Source: an uncultured bacterium
GTDB taxonomy: Bacteria; Bacillota_I; Bacilli_A; RFN20; CAG-826
Length of the DNA stretch: 64,000 nt
NCBI GenBank assembly: GCA_949293255.1
Contig: CASFCL010000001.1
Location: 92,105 to 156,104, forward strand
Direction: 5' to 3'
Positions 58,713-64,000 of this stretch are shown here, in pieces (positions within the stretch are counted from its first letter, which is position 1; each line of letters begins with the position of its first letter). The translations under genes and the position numbers were made by a program. The notes under the pieces were generated by a model, which was not told where the DNA came from, searched no databases, and was given only the letters and a program-made list of their open reading frames with translations.

Positions 58713-61057
58713 TTTAAAGTTACAATCGTTGATCCACTTCCACCATCAAGTTCATTACCAAGTCTAAAAGATTCGACGTAATCGATAGTTTTTAGATGTG
58801 CATGAATAGCTTCTCTAAGTCTACCAGTTCCAAATCCATGAATAATTTTTACATTTTTCATGCCACTAGCTAGGCAATTTGATAAATAATAATCAAGACT
58901 ATCAAGGGCTTCATTTACTCTAAATCCAATTAAATTAAGCTGAGAAGAAACTATCTTTTTATTCATAATTTCTTTATCAATATGGACTGTTGATTTAACT
59001 TCTTCAGCAGGTTTTCCAACCTTTTTAAGTCGATCAACTGTCGTATTAATTAAAAATCCTGAGTCTGTATTGATTGAGATTTTTTTATTATTGATACGAA
59101 CAATTTTTCCTTTGGTATTCATACCAACAATTTCTACATAATCACCAACGTTTAAAGTTTCTTTTTTGGTTTCTTTTTTAGAAAGTTCTAAAAGTTGATT
59201 TTCAGCCTTTTTAAGGTCTTTATTTTTCTTGAATTCTTCGTAAATATTGTTGACGTTATCGTACATTTTATCGAGATATTCATCAAAATCAGCAAGTTTA
59301 CGTTCTTTGATTTTATCTTCTCTTTCTTTAAGTTTATTTTCCTTATCTACTAATTCTTGTTTTTGCTTAAGAAGTTTTTCTTCTCTTTCTTTTAATCTTT
59401 CTTCTTTAAAAGAAAGTTCATTTTCTTTTTTCTCAATTGTTCTTAAATCAATATCTTGCTTTGTTAAATAATTCTTTTGATAAATTGATCTAGCATCGCT
59501 AATAATGTCTTGATCGATTCCATATTTTTTGGCAATCAAGAAACCATAACTTTTACCACTTACACCAAGTAACATTTTAAAAGTTGGTTTAATATTTTTC
59601 TCATCAAAAACAAAAGATGCATTTAAAACATTAGGATTTGATAGACCAAATTTTTTAAGTAAAGAAAAGTGAGATGTAAGTAAAGCTAAACACTTTTTAG
59701 TAATCAAAAATTTAGCAACAGCAATCGATAAAGCCTCACCTTCTTTAGGATCTGTGCCGTTTCCAATCTCATCTATAAGAACAATATCGGCTGATGTGAG
59801 ATACTTAAAAATTACTGATAAATTACTAATATGCCCAGAAAACGTTGATAAATTAGCTTCTATTGATTGGGAGTCGCCAATATCTAAATAAATGTTATTA
59901 AAAATTCCTAATGATGAATTATTAAAAGCAGGAATTGCTAAACCCATGTTTGTCATATAAATAAGAGTCGCAACTGTTTTTAAAGCAATCGTTTTTCCTC
60001 CAGCATTTGGACCACTAATTAACATCAATCTTTTATCATTACCTAATATAAAATCATTTGCTACTACTGTATCTTTATTTAAAAGTGGGTGTCTTGCTCC
60101 ATATAAATTGATGTTCTTTTTATCTAAAATTTCAGGAATAATTCCATCAATTTCAAAAGCATATTGAGCTTTTGAAGAGATGAAATCTAACTCTCCAATT
60201 TTCTTGTTATTTTCAATTAATAAATCTCTACTATCCATAATCATATCGGTAAGATATTTTAAGATTCTTGAGATTTCATCTCTTTCTTGAAGATCTAAAA
60301 GCATTAATTTATTTTCAATTTCAAGCACTTCACTAGGTTCAATAAAGGTTGTTTGACCTGAATCAGAAATATCTAAAACAATACCACTAATGCTATTCTT
60401 TTTTGAGGTATTAATTGGTAAAGCGTAATGTCCATTTTTTATAACTACCATTTCATAAGTTAAATAATCTTTATATCTACTTACAAGTGAATTACCAATT
60501 TTCTTTAATTCTTTATTTAAACCATTCTTTTTCTTTCTAATATCGCTTAAAAGAGTTGATGCATTATCATTAACTGTATTTTCTAAACTGATACATCTAG
60601 AAATTTCATTTACAATATGACTTGCTGGTCGAAGGTAAAATAATTCAGTTAAGTATTTTGTTTCAATTTTATGTAATGAAACAAACTTATTTAATTGACT
60701 AGCACTCATGATTTCATCTTTAAGTTGATTTAATTTTGATTCATCAAAAACTTTACCACTTAAAGCTTTATGGATTTCATATTCTAAATCGAGTGTTGAT
60801 TGAATAGGTAAATTACCATATTTAGAGATGATATCCATCAATTCATTTAATTTATTTAATTCAAAAACTATCTTGTTTTTGTTATGTAAAAAAGAGATTG
60901 AATCAAGCTTTTTTGATCCAACTGGAGTTTTTATATACTTTCTTATCGCATCAATAATGCGATCTATTTCTAAAATCTTTCTTACATTTTTCATTCTTAA
61001 AAGAATATCACAATTTAGTATATATTTTGAATAATTTGTTTTAATAAAAAAATTCAA
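58709..61057 (-). CDS. mutS2: Endonuclease MutS2 (MutS domain plus C-terminal Smr)
   Basis: Walker A (GPNAGGKT) and a C-terminal Smr domain (HGFGTGRLREAI). The true start may be an internal Met. Confidence 0.85.
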   Translation of the reverse strand: MNFFIKTNYSKYILNCDILLRMKNVRKILEIDRIIDAIRKYIKTPVGSKKLDSISFLHNKNKIVFELNKLNELMDIISKYGNLPIQSTLDLEYEIHKALSGKVFDESKLNQLKDEIMSASQLNKFVSLHKIETKYLTELFYLRPASHIVNEISRCISLENTVNDNASTLLSDIRKKKNGLNKELKKIGNSLVSRYKDYLTYEMVVIKNGHYALPINTSKKNSISGIVLDISDSGQTTFIEPSEVLEIENKLMLLDLQERDEISRILKYLTDMIMDSRDLLIENNKKIGELDFISSKAQYAFEIDGIIPEILDKKNINLYGARHPLLNKDTVVANDFILGNDKRLMLISGPNAGGKTIALKTVATLIYMTNMGLAIPAFNNSSLGIFNNIYLDIGDSQSIEANLSTFSGHISNLSVIFKYLTSADIVLIDEIGNGTDPKEGEALSIAVAKFLITKKCLALLTSHFSLLKKFGLSNPNVLNASFVFDEKNIKPTFKMLLGVSGKSYGFLIAKKYGIDQDIISDARSIYQKNYLTKQDIDLRTIEKKENELSFKEERLKEREEKLLKQKQELVDKENKLKEREDKIKERKLADFDEYLDKMYDNVNNIYEEFKKNKDLKKAENQLLELSKKETKKETLNVGDYVEIVGMNTKGKIVRINNKKISINTDSGFLINTTVDRLKKVGKPAEEVKSTVHIDKEIMNKKIVSSQLNLIGFRVNEALDSLDYYLSNCLASGMKNVKIIHGFGTGRLREAIHAHLKTIDYVESFRLGNELDGGSGSTIVTLK

Positions 61058-61077
61058 AAATATGTTATAATTTTATC

Positions 61078-61998
61078 ATGGTTACGATAAAAGTTGACGA
61101 GCATAATTTAAAAACCATTGAAAATGATTTTAAAGATTTTATTGTCGATAGAAATATTGGTTATATTCTTTTTTATATTCAAACAAAAGACTATATCATC
61201 ACTGCTTACGATAATAAAAAAGGTAAAATCTATAAAGTAACAATCCAAGGTGAAGATCCAATGCCTCTCGCTAAAAAATATTCAATTGAAGAAAATATCA
61301 TGCCTAAAAAGCAAAAAGTTATCAAAGAATCGCCAATTTTTATCGATGTCGACTATCAAATTGGTAGCGATGAAGTTGGAACTGGTGATTTCCTTGCTCC
61401 AATTGTTGTTTGTGCAGCTTACGTTGATAATTCAACAATGCAACTAATTAAAGAATTTAATGTTCACGACTCTAAAAAAATTAGCGATTCAGTAATTTTA
61501 AAAGTTGTTCCTACTATTTTAAAAAAGATTCACTACTCTTGTAAGATTTTAAGTAACGATAAATATAATCACCTTGTTGCTAGAGGTTTATCAATGAATG
61601 CAATAAAAGCAATTTTACATAATGCTTGCTTAACTTCTTTACATAAAAGATGTCCTTATGTAAATAACATTTACGTTGATAAATTCTGTGAAGAAGATAA
61701 ATATTATTTTTATATTTCTACTCAAGAACAAAAAACAACGAACATTGTTTTTAAAGAAAAAGGTGAAACATTTTTCCCAAGCGTAGCTTTAGCTAGCTGG
61801 GTTGCTAGATATTATTTACTTATAGAAACTAAAAATTTAAGTACAAAATTAAAAATGGAAGTCCCGCTTGGAGCTTCCAAAACTGTCGATGAATTCGTAA
61901 CAAATTACTTAAAATCACATACTTTAGATGATTTAAAATTAATTTGTAAAACTAATTTTGTTAACTTTAAGAATTTATTAGAAGTTAAATTGTTTTAG
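61078..61998 (+). CDS. rnhC: Ribonuclease HIII
   Basis: A 306-aa protein with an N-terminal DUF3378-like domain and an RNase HII-fold catalytic DEVGTGD motif. Confidence 0.8.
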   Translation: MVTIKVDEHNLKTIENDFKDFIVDRNIGYILFYIQTKDYIITAYDNKKGKIYKVTIQGEDPMPLAKKYSIEENIMPKKQKVIKESPIFIDVDYQIGSDEVGTGDFLAPIVVCAAYVDNSTMQLIKEFNVHDSKKISDSVILKVVPTILKKIHYSCKILSNDKYNHLVARGLSMNAIKAILHNACLTSLHKRCPYVNNIYVDKFCEEDKYYFYISTQEQKTTNIVFKEKGETFFPSVALASWVARYYLLIETKNLSTKLKMEVPLGASKTVDEFVTNYLKSHTLDDLKLICKTNFVNFKNLLEVKLF

Positions 61999-62902
61999 TT
62001 TCTAATTCATCAATAATTTTTTGAAAATATTCAGGAAGAGGTATTTCAACTACTACCTCTTTTTTTGTATGTGGTTGAGTAAAAGTTAATTTATATGCAT
62101 GGAGCATTTGACCTTTATCATATAAATGAGTTGATCCTCCGTAAACTTTATCACCTACTAAAGGATGATTGATACTAGACATATGAACTCTAATTTGATG
62201 AGTTCTTCCGGTTTCAAGTTTACAGAGAATAAGTGTGTATTTATCGAACTTTTTAAGAACTTCAAAATGGGTAACAGCTTCTTTTCCATTAACTTTATCA
62301 ATCGCCATTTTCATTCTGTTAGTTTTATCTCTACCAATTGCTCCAACAATTTTTCCTTGGCTAGCTTCTATTACTCCATCAACTAGAGCAATATATTCTC
62401 TATTCATTGAATGATCTCTAAGTTGATCAGCGATATCGTTATGAGCGAAGTCATTTTTACAAACTAAAAGTAATCCAGATGTATCTTTATCGATGCGATG
62501 GACAATTCCTACTCTAGATTTTCCATTTATTGTTGATAATTCATAGTTATTATAAACAAGAGCATTAACTAAAGTATCGTCTTGATGACCAACAGAAGGA
62601 TGAACTACTAATCCTTGAGGTTTATTGATAACTAAAACATCCTCATCTTCATAAACAACATCAAGTTGATATTCTAAAGGTTTTATAAAGTCACCTTCTT
62701 TTTCTTTAAATTCAACTTTGATGATATCACCTTCTTTAATTCGATATGAAGGAGATATTTCTTTATCATTTACATGAACTTTATTCTTTTTAATTAAAAA
62801 TGAAAAATATACTCTAGAATAACCTTCTTCTAGAATAGGTAAAATTTGATCTACTCTAAGACCTTCATATTGTTTTTCGACTGTATATTCTTTAATCAAC
62901 AT
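61985..62902 (-). CDS. rluD: 23S rRNA pseudouridine synthase (RluA/RluD family)
   Basis: S4 domain and the catalytic HRIDKDTSGLL motif. Synteny matches lspA-rluD. Confidence 0.85.
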   Translation of the reverse strand: MLIKEYTVEKQYEGLRVDQILPILEEGYSRVYFSFLIKKNKVHVNDKEISPSYRIKEGDIIKVEFKEKEGDFIKPLEYQLDVVYEDEDVLVINKPQGLVVHPSVGHQDDTLVNALVYNNYELSTINGKSRVGIVHRIDKDTSGLLLVCKNDFAHNDIADQLRDHSMNREYIALVDGVIEASQGKIVGAIGRDKTNRMKMAIDKVNGKEAVTHFEVLKKFDKYTLILCKLETGRTHQIRVHMSSINHPLVGDKVYGGSTHLYDKGQMLHAYKLTFTQPHTKKEVVVEIPLPEYFQKIIDELETKTI

Positions 62903-63530
62903 CCTTATTTTCTTCGCTATTAGTGGTAGGTTCTACCTTTTTAACATCTTCATTTTCACTATTTAATCTTTTATTTTCTTTAATATGTTCTTTAACCATT
63001 TCAACTATATAATAAATAATTAAAGCAAATATTGAACATACTAAAATGGAATCTGCAATATTAAATATTCCAAATCCAGGCCACCATGATTGAATAGATA
63101 AAAAGTCAATGACGCCTCTATCATAAAAGAAGGTTCTATCAATTAAATTTCCAATATCTCCTCCTAAAATAAAGGCAACAATAATAAATAATCCTTTTTT
63201 AATTGGTTTCTTTTTAACGACATAAAAAATAAATAAACCAATAATAAATAAAGCTACTGCCCAAGAAATTAAAATAAGTAAAATTCTACTCCAAGTAGCA
63301 TCTCCTCCAGTTCCCCAAGCAGCACCAGTATTAAAAACTAAAGTAAAATCTAAAAATCCAGGGATGAATTCATAGGATGCTCCTGCAGTTTTTAAGCATC
63401 CTAAAGCAACATATTTTGTGATTTGATCAAATAAAATTGAAAATAATACAATACCAAATCCAATCAAACCTAACAAAATTATGTCTTTAGTTTCTTTTTT
63501 TAAATTTTTAATTTTTTCTAATAGTTTCAT
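62892..63530 (-). CDS. lspA: Lipoprotein signal peptidase II with a C-terminal hydrophilic extension
   Basis: 4-TM protein with conserved Asp/Asn boxes (FNTGAAWG, DRTF..GVIDF). It is 212 aa, compared with about 160 aa typically. Confidence 0.8.
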   Translation of the reverse strand: MKLLEKIKNLKKETKDIILLGLIGFGIVLFSILFDQITKYVALGCLKTAGASYEFIPGFLDFTLVFNTGAAWGTGGDATWSRILLILISWAVALFIIGLFIFYVVKKKPIKKGLFIIVAFILGGDIGNLIDRTFFYDRGVIDFLSIQSWWPGFGIFNIADSILVCSIFALIIYYIVEMVKEHIKENKRLNSENEDVKKVEPTTNSEENKDVD

Positions 63531-63531
63531 C

Positions 63532-64000
63532 TTATTTTGTCATTATATGATGGCATCTAGGACATAATTTTGTGCCATCAACCTCTGTAATTTCATTTTC
63601 ATCAAAGAAATTCCAACATCTATCACATTTAACTCCACTAGCTTTTTCTATGATAATTGAGCTAACTTCTCCTTTGAAAGCATCTTTGATATCTTCATTT
63701 ACTACAACTCTAGAAACGATGAATAATAATGAAAGTTCATTTAAAGGAATTGAATCAAAGACGGCTTTTGTTTTTGAATCTTCGACTTTGATTTCAATCA
63801 TTGCATCGTTAGATTTACCGATTTCACCTTTATTTCTACTTTCTTCAAGAGCTTTTAAGACGTCATCTCTAAGATTTCTAATTGAATTATATTCATCAAG
63901 TAATGATTTATTATAATTATTACTTACTTTTGGATAATCATATAATTGAACGTTATCTTTACTTCTTAATGGATAATTTTGATTAACTTCATCCATTGTA
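63532..64000 (-). CDS. ileS: Isoleucyl-tRNA synthetase, C-terminal fragment (gene continues past the window edge)
   Basis: C-terminal zinc-binding CDRC...CPRC motif and tRNA-binding arm. Synteny matches ileS-lspA. Confidence 0.7.
   Translation of the reverse strand, partial: TMDEVNQNYPLRSKDNVQLYDYPKVSNNYNKSLLDEYNSIRNLRDDVLKALEESRNKGEIGKSNDAMIEIKVEDSKTKAVFDSIPLNELSLLFIVSRVVVNEDIKDAFKGEVSSIIIEKASGVKCDRCWNFFDENEITEVDGTKLCPRCHHIMTK

Overview
This is a strongly AT-rich, gene-dense chromosomal stretch from a low-GC Firmicutes/Mollicutes-like bacterium that uses the standard genetic code (TGG encodes Trp, parC starts with GTG, no TGA-Trp). Gene order closely follows the Bacillus subtilis core backbone, but in streamlined form: there are no T-box leaders, and dtd, apt, folD, folC, pupG and nadD are missing from their usual slots. 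Core genes called from the sequence: recO' - glyQS - dnaG - sigA - trmK - yqfO/nif3 ; ispH ; cshB - nfo ; ispG ; rpmG ; efp - yneF ; plsY ; parE - parC ; yqeG - yqeH - yhbY - yqeK - rsfS ; xerD - deoB ; dinB ; xseBA - nusB - asp23 ; tkt ; aspS - hisS ; relA ; recJ ; secDF ; ruvAB ; obg - rpmA - prp - rplU ; radC ; valS ; engB ; lon ; tig ; uvrC - mutS2 ; rnhC ; rluD - lspA - ileS'. The one clear accessory island lies in the yneF-plsY gap at about 12.33-14.72 kb. Two copies of a roughly 180-bp MITE-like element with ~22-bp terminal inverted repeats (TTCTTGAAAATYTGAGGGGG) flank a two-gene cassette. The first gene encodes a secreted streptopain-like (MEROPS C10 family) papain-fold cysteine protease; the second encodes a lipoprotein of unknown function that is translationally coupled to it and may be a cognate inhibitor or immunity partner. 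Other points worth a second look: a Cys/His-rich metal-binding-like tail on HisRS; a SecDF fusion with a TTDG tandem repeat; an ORFan next to an ABC substrate-binding/permease pair with no ATPase; an ORFan coupled to uvrC; a small membrane peptide between valS and radC; and two apparently leaderless operon starts. No rRNA, tRNA or CRISPR was found. The only RNA element called is the leader upstream of rplU.
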